Shown here piece by piece: positions 1 to 9,208 of a stretch of DNA of 64,000 bases. Numbering within the stretch: position 1 is the stretch's first letter; each line of letters starts with the position of its first letter. This DNA is from Candidatus Woesearchaeota archaeon (GTDB lineage Archaea > Nanobdellota > Nanobdellia > Pacearchaeales > GW2011-AR1): positions 87,009 through 151,008 of the forward strand of contig CAZCCD010000001.1 of the NCBI GenBank assembly GCA_964497435.1, in the 5' to 3' direction. The translations under genes were made by a program, and so were the position numbers. A model generated the notes under the pieces. That model did no database searches. It saw nothing but the letters and a program-made list of their open reading frames with translations, and was not told where the DNA came from.

Positions 1-138
1 ATAACGCAAAGCACATTAAGGTTAAAACTCGATATGTCAAAGGCAAAATTAAGTTATGTTCTACAGGATTTAGAAAAAAGAGGATTGATTAAAAGAGTTG
101 AAAAAGGAAAAACACTTCAGGTTTTTTTGAAAATATAA
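1..138 (+). CDS. 3' end of winged-HTH domain protein (partial)
   Basis: Manual translation ITQSTLRLKLDMSKAKLSYVLQDLEKRGLIKRVEKGKTLQVFLKI* fits a MarR-like wHTH pattern. Confidence 0.7.
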   Translation: MTQSTLRLKLDMSKAKLSYVLQDLEKRGLIKRVEKGKTLQVFLKI

Positions 139-349
139 CTAATATTTCAAATAAGAATAATTAACTTTATATATATAATTCTTTTAATATTAAAAATGAA
201 AAGAGTTGTGAATAGGGTTGGAAGTAATTGTTAAAATATTAAAATATGTTTATTAGATTTTTTCTATCTAGTTTCTTCTTTAGTTTAATAACACATATAA
301 ACGAAAACTATATAAACCATAAGTTTATATATTTAAACTATAAGTTAAA

Positions 350-934
350 ATGAGAAATGGAATGTATAATGAGATGCGTTTTCTTTTAAGCATCTTAAAA
401 AGTCCTGAAATTGAATATAATTCAAATAATCTAGCAAGACATATGGGAATCAGTTCAATGGGCGCATTAAAAATTGCAAAAAAACTAGAAAAAGAAAAGG
501 TAGTAATTTCTAGGCAGGTAGGAAGAGCAAAAATCTATAAGATTAACTTTAAAAATGAATATGCTATGCAATATATAAAATTCTTGTTAAGTAAAGAGGC
601 TGAACAAACACAATCTTATCTGAAAGTATGGATTAGAGAAGTTAAGAAGATTAAAAGTGCTGACATTGCTATATTATTTGGATCGGTATTAAAAAAGGGT
701 AAAGAAGCAAAAGATATAGATGTGCTTTTAGTTACAGATAAAAAGAGATTTTCTAAATTAAAAAAAGAAGTAGAGGATGTTAATCTTATTAGTATCAAGA
801 AAATACATCCAATGTACCAATCAAAAAGTGATTTGGAAAAGAATATAAGGGAAAGAGATAAAGTAGTGCTAAATACTATAAAAGGCATTGTCGTGTTTGG
901 AGGGAGTTATCTAATAAAAATACTTGAAAAATGA
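350..934 (+). CDS. wHTH + minimal nucleotidyltransferase (MNT) antitoxin-like protein
   Basis: N-terminal HTH, then LFGS..K...DIDV NTase motif; stop overlaps the next start (ATGA at 931-934). Confidence 0.85.
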   Translation: MRNGMYNEMRFLLSILKSPEIEYNSNNLARHMGISSMGALKIAKKLEKEKVVISRQVGRAKIYKINFKNEYAMQYIKFLLSKEAEQTQSYLKVWIREVKKIKSADIAILFGSVLKKGKEAKDIDVLLVTDKKRFSKLKKEVEDVNLISIKKIHPMYQSKSDLEKNIRERDKVVLNTIKGIVVFGGSYLIKILEK

Positions 935-1463
935 GCCATTCAAAAAATAAAGTTCGGTGGTGCTTGAAAAAATCAGAAAAAGAATTAAAAAAAGGAGATT
1001 TACACATAGAGGTCTTGTTAAGATAGAGCCAGATGTTGAAGAGGCAAGAAAACATATTGAAAAAGCAGAGCATTATCTAAAAGCAACAGATTATCTGAAA
1101 AAAGGCGGTTTTTCAGATATTAGTGCAAGCACTGTTTTTTATTCTATATATCATTGTTTTTTAGCAATTGGTTTAAAGTTTGGTTATGAATCAGGAAATC
1201 AGGAATGCACTTTTGCTTTAGTCGAGAACTTAATTGAAGATGGAAAAATAGATTTTAAGAAAGAATTATTAGAAAAAATAGCAACTCTTGATCCTGATAA
1301 AGAGAAAGTAAAGAAGACTAGTGTAAAGATAAGAGAACAGTTCCAGTATGGAACATCTCTTACACTTGATGAAAATCTTTATGAAGAACTGCTTTCTATA
1401 GCTAAAGAAGTAATATCAAAAACAAAAGAAATAATTGAAGAAGAATTAGGAGAACAATATTAA
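931..1463 (+). pseudogene. HEPN domain protein, apparently frameshifted near 987-1007
   Basis: ATG at 931 gives MSHSKNKVRWCLKKSEKELKKGDLH and stops at 1026. The HEPN body (HIEKAEHYL, FYSIYHCFLA, REQFQY) is in another frame (track ORF 957-1463). Confidence 0.65.
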
Positions 1464-1598
1464 GAAAAGTAAATAGCTATAATCTATTTAAACCTTAAAA
1501 CAATATACAAAAATGTAAAGATAAAAAAGTACTCTAGTTGTTCTAATCGTTGAGTTATTTTCACAATTAACTTTATATAATCTATTAACTTATTTAAG

Positions 1599-1654
1599 AG
1601 AAATACTTATAAGGGGGGGCTTGGTATTGGTAATTAAAAAATAAAATGAAAAGA
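1599..1654 (+). repeat. 56-bp promoter/5' module, 54/56 identical to 44757-44812 (minus strand)
   Basis: agaaatacttataaggggg(g/a)gcttggtatt(g/a)gtaattaaaaaataaaatgaaaaga precedes two dockerin-bearing genes. Confidence 0.9.
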
Positions 1655-3718
1655 CTGGTGATTTTATTTATTTTGGCTTTAGGAATTTTTTTAGTTAATC
1701 TAAACTCTGTTTCTGCTGCAACTTGGTATGTAAGCAATACAAATCCTTCATGTAACGATGCTGGTCCAGGAACTTTAGCAACACCACTATGTAATATTTC
1801 ATCAGCAAACACAAGACATGTTGGAGGTGACACAGTCTACATAATGCCTGGAGAGTATAGGGAGAGTTATTATTGTGGTGTTGGAATTTATGGGGGCGCT
1901 ATAAGCGGAAATTCTACAATCTGTCCAAAATCAGGCAGTCCAGGAAATCCGACAATTTTTTCAGGTTATGGAGACAGAAGCCAGGTAAAAATAATGGGGA
2001 GTGATCCTGTGACTGGTTGGACACAATGTAATGCAGTTTCATGTCCAGGTGTTTCAACAAATGTTTATTTCGCAAATTTTGAAGAGCCAAGTCTTGGTGG
2101 CAGATGTGGTGCACCCGGCCTTCCAACAGATTGCTGGGAGGACAGATTAACAAATCATAAACAATATCAACCCCAAGCTAGTTTAGCAGATGTTAATTCT
2201 CCAGGAGAATTCTGGCATAATAGTACATTAGATAGAGTTTATGTTTATACCTCTAATGGAGCAAATCCAAATACTCACCAGATTGAGTGCTCAAAAAGGC
2301 ATACTGTGATGACTCCTAGAGGATTATCTTATTTTATATTACAAAATTTCACAATAATGCACGGTCATTGGAACGGCGTTTATATAAGCAGTTCAATTGA
2401 AAACAGCAGTAATTTTTCTCAAATTCTTTATGCAAGTGATATAACTATCAAAGACAATGACATTGGCTGGAATTCTGGTGGAGGAAGTTGTGGCGAAAAT
2501 CCTTCCGGAATTCAATCATTACTAAATGAAGATGGTGGACCAAATTGCAGTCGGCCTTTTGTAAACGCTCCTTACTACTGTATGATGAAGAGGATTAATA
2601 TCATAGGAAATTGGATTCACGACCAAGGAAGTGATGTAGGTTACTCTCTTACTAACCCAGGAAATCATAGGGGTGCTGCAACAACTTTATACACTGTAGG
2701 CGAAAGCTTAATAGCTAACAATACTGTCTGGAACAACTATCAAGGAATTATGTTGAAAGAAAGAAACATAAACAATACAATAAGGGGGAATACAATTTTT
2801 AACATAAGCCACAGTGGTATTCATTTTAGAGCCGGCTCACATAGTATGTTGGTCGATGGAAATGTTATTTATATCGATACAGGAATAAATAGTGAAGGAG
2901 CTGGAATATCTTGGTATGGAAATGATTGGTGTACGACTCATTGCTGTGGTTCTACAACTAATTGTGATTCTAGAACTGACAATATGACTGTACTCCATAA
3001 CACTATTTGGGATATAACAAGAAGCTCTATTGGAGGAGCAGGTATAAGATTTGATGATCATTTTTATGAAAGCGGAAGTGGGAATTGGAGGAGTAGCGGA
3101 CATTTTGTTAAAAACAATTTTATTGGAAAAGCAAATTTTGAAATAACATCAAGCTACTGGAATCCTTCTGGAAATTTCACTTCAGATAATAATTCATATT
3201 ATGAGATTTCAGGATCGTCTGTATTTGGAAGGAGCTATGCTACTCCAATATCAATTTCAGAATGGCAGACAGTATCAAGTTATGATGCAACAGGACAAGC
3301 CATAATTGGAAGAGATAAGAATTCTTTATTTCTGACTTCTGCAAATGATCCTTTGTTTGTTGACGTAAATAACTATGATTTTGGATTAAATTCTAACTCG
3401 CCTTTAATTGACAAAGGACAATGGATACAAGGATATCATTGTACATCAGCAGGACCAAATTCTTCTGGTTGTCGTGAATGGTATGGTTCTGCTCCCGATA
3501 TAGGAGCATATGAATACAATCCAGGAATACCAATAGTAACTTGCATTCAAGCAGACGTCAACGACGATTTAATCATTAATATAATTGATTTAGCATTAGT
3601 GATTTATAATCAAGGACAAGGACTAACTGGAAGAGGGCATTTAGATATTAACACAGATGGCTTAATTACATTTAATGATGTTAGTGAAGTAAGGAATAGA
3701 CTTGGACAGGTATGTTAA
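1646..3718 (+). CDS. Secreted right-handed beta-helix (pectate lyase-like) protein with C-terminal dockerin
   Basis: Signal peptide, WYVS...GDTVYIMPGEY start, Asn/Ile-rich PbH1-like repeats, APDIGAYE, paired Ca-loops DVNDDLIINIID and DINTDGLITFND. Confidence 0.8.
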   Translation: MKRLVILFILALGIFLVNLNSVSAATWYVSNTNPSCNDAGPGTLATPLCNISSANTRHVGGDTVYIMPGEYRESYYCGVGIYGGAISGNSTICPKSGSPGNPTIFSGYGDRSQVKIMGSDPVTGWTQCNAVSCPGVSTNVYFANFEEPSLGGRCGAPGLPTDCWEDRLTNHKQYQPQASLADVNSPGEFWHNSTLDRVYVYTSNGANPNTHQIECSKRHTVMTPRGLSYFILQNFTIMHGHWNGVYISSSIENSSNFSQILYASDITIKDNDIGWNSGGGSCGENPSGIQSLLNEDGGPNCSRPFVNAPYYCMMKRINIIGNWIHDQGSDVGYSLTNPGNHRGAATTLYTVGESLIANNTVWNNYQGIMLKERNINNTIRGNTIFNISHSGIHFRAGSHSMLVDGNVIYIDTGINSEGAGISWYGNDWCTTHCCGSTTNCDSRTDNMTVLHNTIWDITRSSIGGAGIRFDDHFYESGSGNWRSSGHFVKNNFIGKANFEITSSYWNPSGNFTSDNNSYYEISGSSVFGRSYATPISISEWQTVSSYDATGQAIIGRDKNSLFLTSANDPLFVDVNNYDFGLNSNSPLIDKGQWIQGYHCTSAGPNSSGCREWYGSAPDIGAYEYNPGIPIVTCIQADVNDDLIINIIDLALVIYNQGQGLTGRGHLDINTDGLITFNDVSEVRNRLGQVC

Positions 3719-3854
3719 GATATTAAAAGCTGTTAAAGTTTATCAGTCAAAATATATTAAACATGACCGATATATTCATACACTATTCTAACTAATCTTT
3801 ATTACGGAAGTGGCTGTTGCAGAATAAATAAATTAATCATTCTAAAAACTTAAT

Positions 3855-4307
3855 TTATCTCTCCCAAGGTTCTTTATATGGCCTTCCTAAAGCCTTGTAA
3901 ATTTCTCTTTCTGTTTTTCCTGCAATTAATTTTCCATTCTTATACAAACCATACTGATTTAGATGAAAACCTTTAGACATTGCAATTTTTCTTAAACCAA
4001 TACCTGCACCTTTTTCGCTTGAATAAGCTAAAAGAGTTGCTCCAAAACTTTCAATAGATGTGTAATACAATTCAACTTTAACTCTATCAACTCTCCATGT
4101 TGATTCATGCTCTCCTCCTTGAATGAATTTTCCTCTCTTCCTCATGAAATTTTCAAGTTCTATTTTATTTTTAGGAATCAAAACAATATCAATGTCTCTT
4201 GGATTTTCAGCCTTACGCCTAATGCTTCCTGCAACCGAGATTTTCTTGCAAAAAGGTTTCAGCTCTTTTATAATTTTTTCTGATAATTTTGTTATATTTT
4301 TTGACAT
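3855..4307 (-). CDS. Minimal DNA polymerase X-like protein (palm + thumb only)
   Basis: AGSIRR...DIDIV NTase motif; thumb motif LNQYGL...EREIYKALG.PY.EP..R. Confidence 0.8.
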   Translation of the reverse strand: MSKNITKLSEKIIKELKPFCKKISVAGSIRRKAENPRDIDIVLIPKNKIELENFMRKRGKFIQGGEHESTWRVDRVKVELYYTSIESFGATLLAYSSEKGAGIGLRKIAMSKGFHLNQYGLYKNGKLIAGKTEREIYKALGRPYKEPWER

Positions 4308-4308
4308 T

Positions 4309-4899
4309 TTATCTTATAAATGTGCATCTATCTCTTCCAGCTTCTTTAGAGTTGTAAAGGGCTTTGTCTGCCCTTGTCTTGAAAGATTTTGTATTATCAT
4401 TTTTCTTAAACTCAGTTAGTCCCATAGAAGCAGTAACCCTGTATTTTTTTAAGACAGAGTCAGAGTGTATTGCATTCTTTAATCTTATGCAGAGTTTCCT
4501 TGCTTTGTTCAATGTTGTCTCAGGCAAGATTACAAAAAATTCTTCTCCTCCAAACCTCGCTGCAATATCTGATTTTCTTATTTGTTTTTTAATGACTTGC
4601 GCTAAAACAAAAAGCAACTCATCAGCCTTTACATGTCCGTATTCGTCATTTATTTTTTTGAAGTGGTCTATATCAACAACCATTAATGACAATTTTTGTT
4701 TCCCTCTTTTTGCTTTCTCAATTTCGATTTCAAGATGAGAATTAAAAAATCTTGCATTATAAAGCCCTGTTTTTTCGTCTTGAGTCGCTATGTCATAGAG
4801 TAAAGAAATACTTTCATTCATGTTTTTGAATAGGTCTTCAATTTTTCTCCTGATTTTTGGCTCTAGAGAAGATATCTTCCTCTTTAACTTTGTGTCCAT
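4309..4899 (-). CDS. GGDEF-domain diguanylate cyclase
   Basis: D.KTGLYN, DIDHFKKINDEYGH, RKSD I-site, RFGGEEF, ADKALY.SK..GR. Confidence 0.92.
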   Translation of the reverse strand: MDTKLKRKISSLEPKIRRKIEDLFKNMNESISLLYDIATQDEKTGLYNARFFNSHLEIEIEKAKRGKQKLSLMVVDIDHFKKINDEYGHVKADELLFVLAQVIKKQIRKSDIAARFGGEEFFVILPETTLNKARKLCIRLKNAIHSDSVLKKYRVTASMGLTEFKKNDNTKSFKTRADKALYNSKEAGRDRCTFIR

Positions 4900-4983
4900 A
4901 ATCGAAACCTCCTGCGGGTTTGTTTCGACATCCTGGCGAAGCAGCTAAAGGCTTTGCCTTTTGTCTCGATGTATCCCGCAACC
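4900..4983 (-). repeat. Diverged copy of dispersed hairpin element (middle + inner layers)
   Basis: Reverse complement matches the core of 54433-54557 (catcgagacaaaaggcaaagcctttagctgcttcgcca identical); ends in GGAGG just upstream of the GGDEF start. Confidence 0.9.
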
Positions 4984-5029
4984 ATCAATACATTAAGAAA
5001 CAACAATTTATAAGTTTTGGTTTTTTGTT

Positions 5030-5857
5030 TTAACTAGAAACATCACTCGTTTTTTTCCAGCTTATATAATTTTTGTTTAGAATGTCTATGATTTTCTGTC
5101 TTTCTTCAGAATTAAATGCTTTCCAGTCAATAACCGCAAAATCAAGCTCTTCTTCTGTTTTTTCGATTGCTTCTTTAATCATTTGTTCTGTTATTGGAGA
5201 AATGTAACTAGGAATTATATGAGAGAGAGCTATGTTTGATTTTTCCTGAATTTTATTAAAATTAGGACAATAATGAGGTCCTCCAATTCCAATCGCTATT
5301 TCCCTGTATTTACTAGGTTTAAAAGTTTCTATTGCATCTGAAATTGTCTTTGCTATTACAAAACCAGCCCTTCTATCTTCCCACTCTAAATCTTTTGAAC
5401 CTATCTCAATAAATAAACAAGGCTTAACCATTAAAGGCCCATGATGGGTTGCTTCCATGGTAATTTGATATTTTTTATCCAAGTCATATTTTTTAGAAAC
5501 ACAATTAAGAGTCTCAAATATATGTTTAAAAAATAAAGCAGATGAATAGCAAACCTTTTTTCCTTCTCCCCCAAATTTAGCCTCAAACCAGTTTCCTGGA
5601 GCATGAACTGTCAAAGACGGCTCGCCTTTCTCTGACTGATGCATTGAGGCAAAAATAATAAAGTCATACTCATCAATTTTAAATTTGTCAATATTTTCAT
5701 CATAGATAACTTTTTCATCTGTAATATAAATATCAAAGTTAGGCTGTTCCCAAAATTCGGTTTTTTCAGGGTTTCTCATAAACTGCTCCAGATTAGCAAC
5801 TATATTTTCCCCTGCAGGATCGCTCTTGCTTGCAACTACCAAATACTTTTTATACAT
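5030..5857 (-). CDS. dtdA: Archaeal D-aminoacyl-tRNA deacylase (DTD2/GEK1 family)
   Basis: SMHQS, LTVHAPGN, EATHHGP, FIEIGS, GIGGPHY motifs. Confidence 0.92.
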   Translation of the reverse strand: MYKKYLVVASKSDPAGENIVANLEQFMRNPEKTEFWEQPNFDIYITDEKVIYDENIDKFKIDEYDFIIFASMHQSEKGEPSLTVHAPGNWFEAKFGGEGKKVCYSSALFFKHIFETLNCVSKKYDLDKKYQITMEATHHGPLMVKPCLFIEIGSKDLEWEDRRAGFVIAKTISDAIETFKPSKYREIAIGIGGPHYCPNFNKIQEKSNIALSHIIPSYISPITEQMIKEAIEKTEEELDFAVIDWKAFNSEERQKIIDILNKNYISWKKTSDVSS

Positions 5858-6003
5858 GTTTTTATATTGAATTAGGGTATTTTAAATATTTTTGAGAAAG
5901 AGTATAGAAATATTTAAATACATATGAGTTTAAAAATTAGGATTAAATTAAAAATGTTTAAGTTTAAATAACCTTTAAAAACTCCTCCAATTATCTTCTT
6001 CTA

Positions 6004-7182
6004 ATGAAAGAACAAAAAACAAATGAACTGCCAGAATTAAATGTAGGAATGGTAGGGCATATTGATCATGGAAAAACAACTCTACTCTATAAACTCACTG
6101 GAAAATTCACAGACACTCATTCAGAGGAATTAAAAAGAGGAATCACAATAAAACTCGGATATGCTGATGCTGTGATAAAAGATGAAAAAGGAAAGCCTTT
6201 GAGATATGTTTCTTTCATTGATGCTCCGGGACACGAAATGTTAATGGCGATAATGCTTTCAGGGGCTGCAATTATTGATGCTGCCATACTCGTGATTGCC
6301 GCAAACGAAGGAATAAAACCCCAAACAAGAGAGCATTTTGTGGCTTTACAGGCAAAGGGTATTAAAAATATAATAATAGTCCAAAACAAAATTGATTTGG
6401 TTTCAAAAGAACAGGCATTAAAAAATTATAGAGAAATAAAAGAATTTGTTAAAGGAACAATAGCAGAAAACTCTCCAATAATTCCTGTCTCAGCCCAACA
6501 AGAAATTAATATTGATAAAATATTTGAAGAATTGAAAAAAATAAAAATTCCTGAGAGAAACACAGAAAGTACACCAATATTTCTTGTTGCAAGGAGTTTC
6601 GATATAAATAAACCAGGAACAAAAATCGAAAATCTGCATGGCGGGGTTTTAGGAGGAGTGTTAAAACAAGGAGTATTAAAAGTCAATGATGAAATAGAAA
6701 TTAAGCCAGGATTGTTAATTAAAAAAGCAAATCAGCAATCATATGAAACAATAAACACAAAAATTATATCCTTGCATAAAGGAAACAAGTCAGTACAAGA
6801 AGTGTTTCCAGGAGCAAGCATTTCAATTGAAACATCTTTGGATCCGTTTTTGACAAAATCAGATTTTCTTACAGGTTGTTTAGTCTCAAAAAAAGGAGGG
6901 CTTCCAGAAATAACTTCTAGAGTAAAGATAAAATACAATTTATTTAATGAAATAATAGGTCAGGAAGATCGTAAAAAAGTAGAGCCAATAAAAACAAAAG
7001 AGCTTTTAATGTTGAGTGTCAACACAACAATAACAGTAGGAACAGTTGAAAAAATACATGGAAATGAAACAGAGCTTTCATTAAATATACCAATAATTGC
7101 CTTAAAGTCAGGCAATGTTGGCATAGCGCGAAATATCTCCGGCCACTGGAGATTAATAGGGTTTGGTGAGATAATTCAGTAA
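6004..7182 (+). CDS. eif2g: Translation initiation factor 2 gamma subunit (aIF2-gamma)
   Basis: GHIDHGKTT, HSEELKRGITIKLGYA, DAPGHE, QNKIDLV, RSFDINKPG, HWRLIGFG. Confidence 0.96.
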   Translation: MKEQKTNELPELNVGMVGHIDHGKTTLLYKLTGKFTDTHSEELKRGITIKLGYADAVIKDEKGKPLRYVSFIDAPGHEMLMAIMLSGAAIIDAAILVIAANEGIKPQTREHFVALQAKGIKNIIIVQNKIDLVSKEQALKNYREIKEFVKGTIAENSPIIPVSAQQEINIDKIFEELKKIKIPERNTESTPIFLVARSFDINKPGTKIENLHGGVLGGVLKQGVLKVNDEIEIKPGLLIKKANQQSYETINTKIISLHKGNKSVQEVFPGASISIETSLDPFLTKSDFLTGCLVSKKGGLPEITSRVKIKYNLFNEIIGQEDRKKVEPIKTKELLMLSVNTTITVGTVEKIHGNETELSLNIPIIALKSGNVGIARNISGHWRLIGFGEIIQ

Positions 7183-7231
7183 AGACAAAAGTATATAATC
7201 AATTACTGTTGCTGGATTATCGAGGAGGAGA

Positions 7232-7486
7232 TCATAGGATAACTTTACATTTTGGAATTCTCCTTAGCCTTGCAAGCAATTTTTGTTGCTCCTTGAATCT
7301 TCTTGGATTAATCTCTTGCTTTAATGAAGCATTATAATAAAAGATGCCTACTAATTCTTCTTTACCAATAATCATTTTGATATAATTTTCAAAATCAAAA
7401 TGGTAATCAGAATATTTTGGGTGTAAAGACTTCAAACCATAAACAAAATTAGCACCATCAATATAAACAGAAATTCTTTTTGTCAT
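7232..7486 (-). pseudogene. Truncated NYN/LabA (DUF88) PIN-like domain
   Basis: VYIDGAN and YYNA motifs present; stops after about 84 aa, before the EKGVD/SGD.D motifs. Confidence 0.7.
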
Positions 7487-7492
7487 ATTAAT

Positions 7493-7561
7493 GAAGTCCG
7501 GTATTACCGAAGTAATAGCCGGGAACACGCTTGCAGGATGTCCGAAGACTTAAGGCATTCC
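7493..7561 (-). ncRNA. Putative structured 5' leader with two C(UUCG)G hairpins
   Basis: Minus strand has gtc-ttcg-gac and ccggctattac-ttcg-gtaataccgg, between a TATA/BRE-like motif (~7591-7606) and the ATG. Confidence 0.45.
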
Positions 7562-7709
7562 TTGATACCTAATATATTCAAAATACATAATTATTTAAGC
7601 TTTTCGCCTTTCAAAATTTATCTTATTTGTCGAGATGACATTATTTCTGGATAAGACAACATTTTTTCTTCACCACTAACTTTATAAATCCCTTTTATTT
7701 AGATGTGTA

Positions 7710-8753
7710 ATGAAAAGAGTGGTAGTTGTTGGGGTGTTGATTTTAGTCGCTTTTTTAGGAATAATTCTCGCAGAAGACAACAATAGTAATAATAGTTCAA
7801 ACAACGAAACAAATAATACAAATTTAACTCTTACATGTTTTGATTCTGATGGTGGGAAAGACTACGAAGAAAAAGGCAAGTCATGGGCTGGAACAAACTG
7901 CACAGGAGACGACTGCTTAAACATAACAGCCGAAGAAGTTTATGATTCATGCCTAACTGACAAAATCTTAAAAGAAGGTTATTGTGAAGAAGGAGAAAGA
8001 TTTTTCACTAACTACACTTGCCCAGGAGTTTGTGATGACGGAAGATGTAAAGCAAATGAAACAGATGACAATGAAACCGAGGATAACGAAACAGAAATAA
8101 AAGTTTGTTGTAAAATTACAAGAACCGAAGATAATGAAACAGATGTGAAATACAACAGAATTGAACAAAATGATTGTGTCTCCTCAAATGCTACTCAAAT
8201 AACAAGAGAAGTTGTAGCTGATTCTTTCTGCACTAATCAAAGTGGTAGAGAGGCATCCAGGGAAAGACAAAGAATAAAGTTTGAGGCAAGAACAGGTGTT
8301 GAATGCCCTATAGATTGCAGATGTCAGGGAGTCACAATGAAATGTCCTCTTGAAAGTGGTGGAAGAGAAATGACAATTTTTGCAGGAAGTTCAGGCAATA
8401 TAATTATTCAAGTTAAAGGAGTTAATGCCACTACTAATGTGACATTATATAGAGATGGGAATGGAAGCATTTATGGAGTCTTTACAGGAGGAAGAGAAGT
8501 AAGAATCAAATTTATGCCTGATGAAATAAGGATAAAATTAAAAGATAAAATAAAGGCAAAATTAGAAAATGAAGAAATCGAATTAAATGAAGATGGAAAT
8601 TACAAAGTGAAGGTAATGAAAAAAGCAAGGTTGTTTTGGGTTATTCCTGTAGACGAAAATGTAGATGCTGAAATCAATGCTGAAACAGGAACATTTGTAA
8701 AGCTAAAGGGCAGATGGTGGGGCTGGATGGCCAATGATATTGATGAAGATTGA
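7710..8753 (+). CDS. Secreted Cys-rich protein, paralog 1 of tandem family
   Basis: Signal peptide; CFDSDGG module; C-terminal CPxxCxCxGVTMKC...GREMT...SGNIIIQ...WWGW domain. Confidence 0.75.
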   Translation: MKRVVVVGVLILVAFLGIILAEDNNSNNSSNNETNNTNLTLTCFDSDGGKDYEEKGKSWAGTNCTGDDCLNITAEEVYDSCLTDKILKEGYCEEGERFFTNYTCPGVCDDGRCKANETDDNETEDNETEIKVCCKITRTEDNETDVKYNRIEQNDCVSSNATQITREVVADSFCTNQSGREASRERQRIKFEARTGVECPIDCRCQGVTMKCPLESGGREMTIFAGSSGNIIIQVKGVNATTNVTLYRDGNGSIYGVFTGGREVRIKFMPDEIRIKLKDKIKAKLENEEIELNEDGNYKVKVMKKARLFWVIPVDENVDAEINAETGTFVKLKGRWWGWMANDIDED

Positions 8754-9208
8754 GATTTTTATCATTAATTAATTCTAATATAATTTTAGATGCAGGGATG
8801 TTAAGGTAAGAGATGTAAACTAATGATATCTAACAAAAGAGTCATTCTGTTAAGTGCAAATAGTCATGTTGATTAACCCTTAATTTTTTATTCGATACCA
8901 AATTTTTAATAATAGGATAAACAAAAAGATTTTCTAAAATAAATTAATATATGATTCGAGTCGACAATTTAAAAGTAGATAATAACCAAGTCAATTAAAT
9001 GGATACTAACAATTTATCAATTCTCGCGGAGTGAGATAATTTTATCTTGTTTTAACTTTTTATAATAAATATGTGAGCGATTTTGGAGCGAACCTAGTTA
9101 AAGTAATAATAAATCAGTCAATCAAATGTATTTTATATTAACACGAACAAATCTGTGAGTGAGGCGAATGTAGATCACAAAGAATAACTTTATAAATTTT
9201 GATAACAA

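Noticed and set aside
4900..4983. c-di-GMP (GEMM) riboswitch upstream of the GGDEF gene
   Set aside because: GGCAAAGCC is only a local resemblance and the two-stem GEMM architecture is not evident. Other copies lie antisense to neighbouring genes, which argues for a mobile or REP-like repeat.
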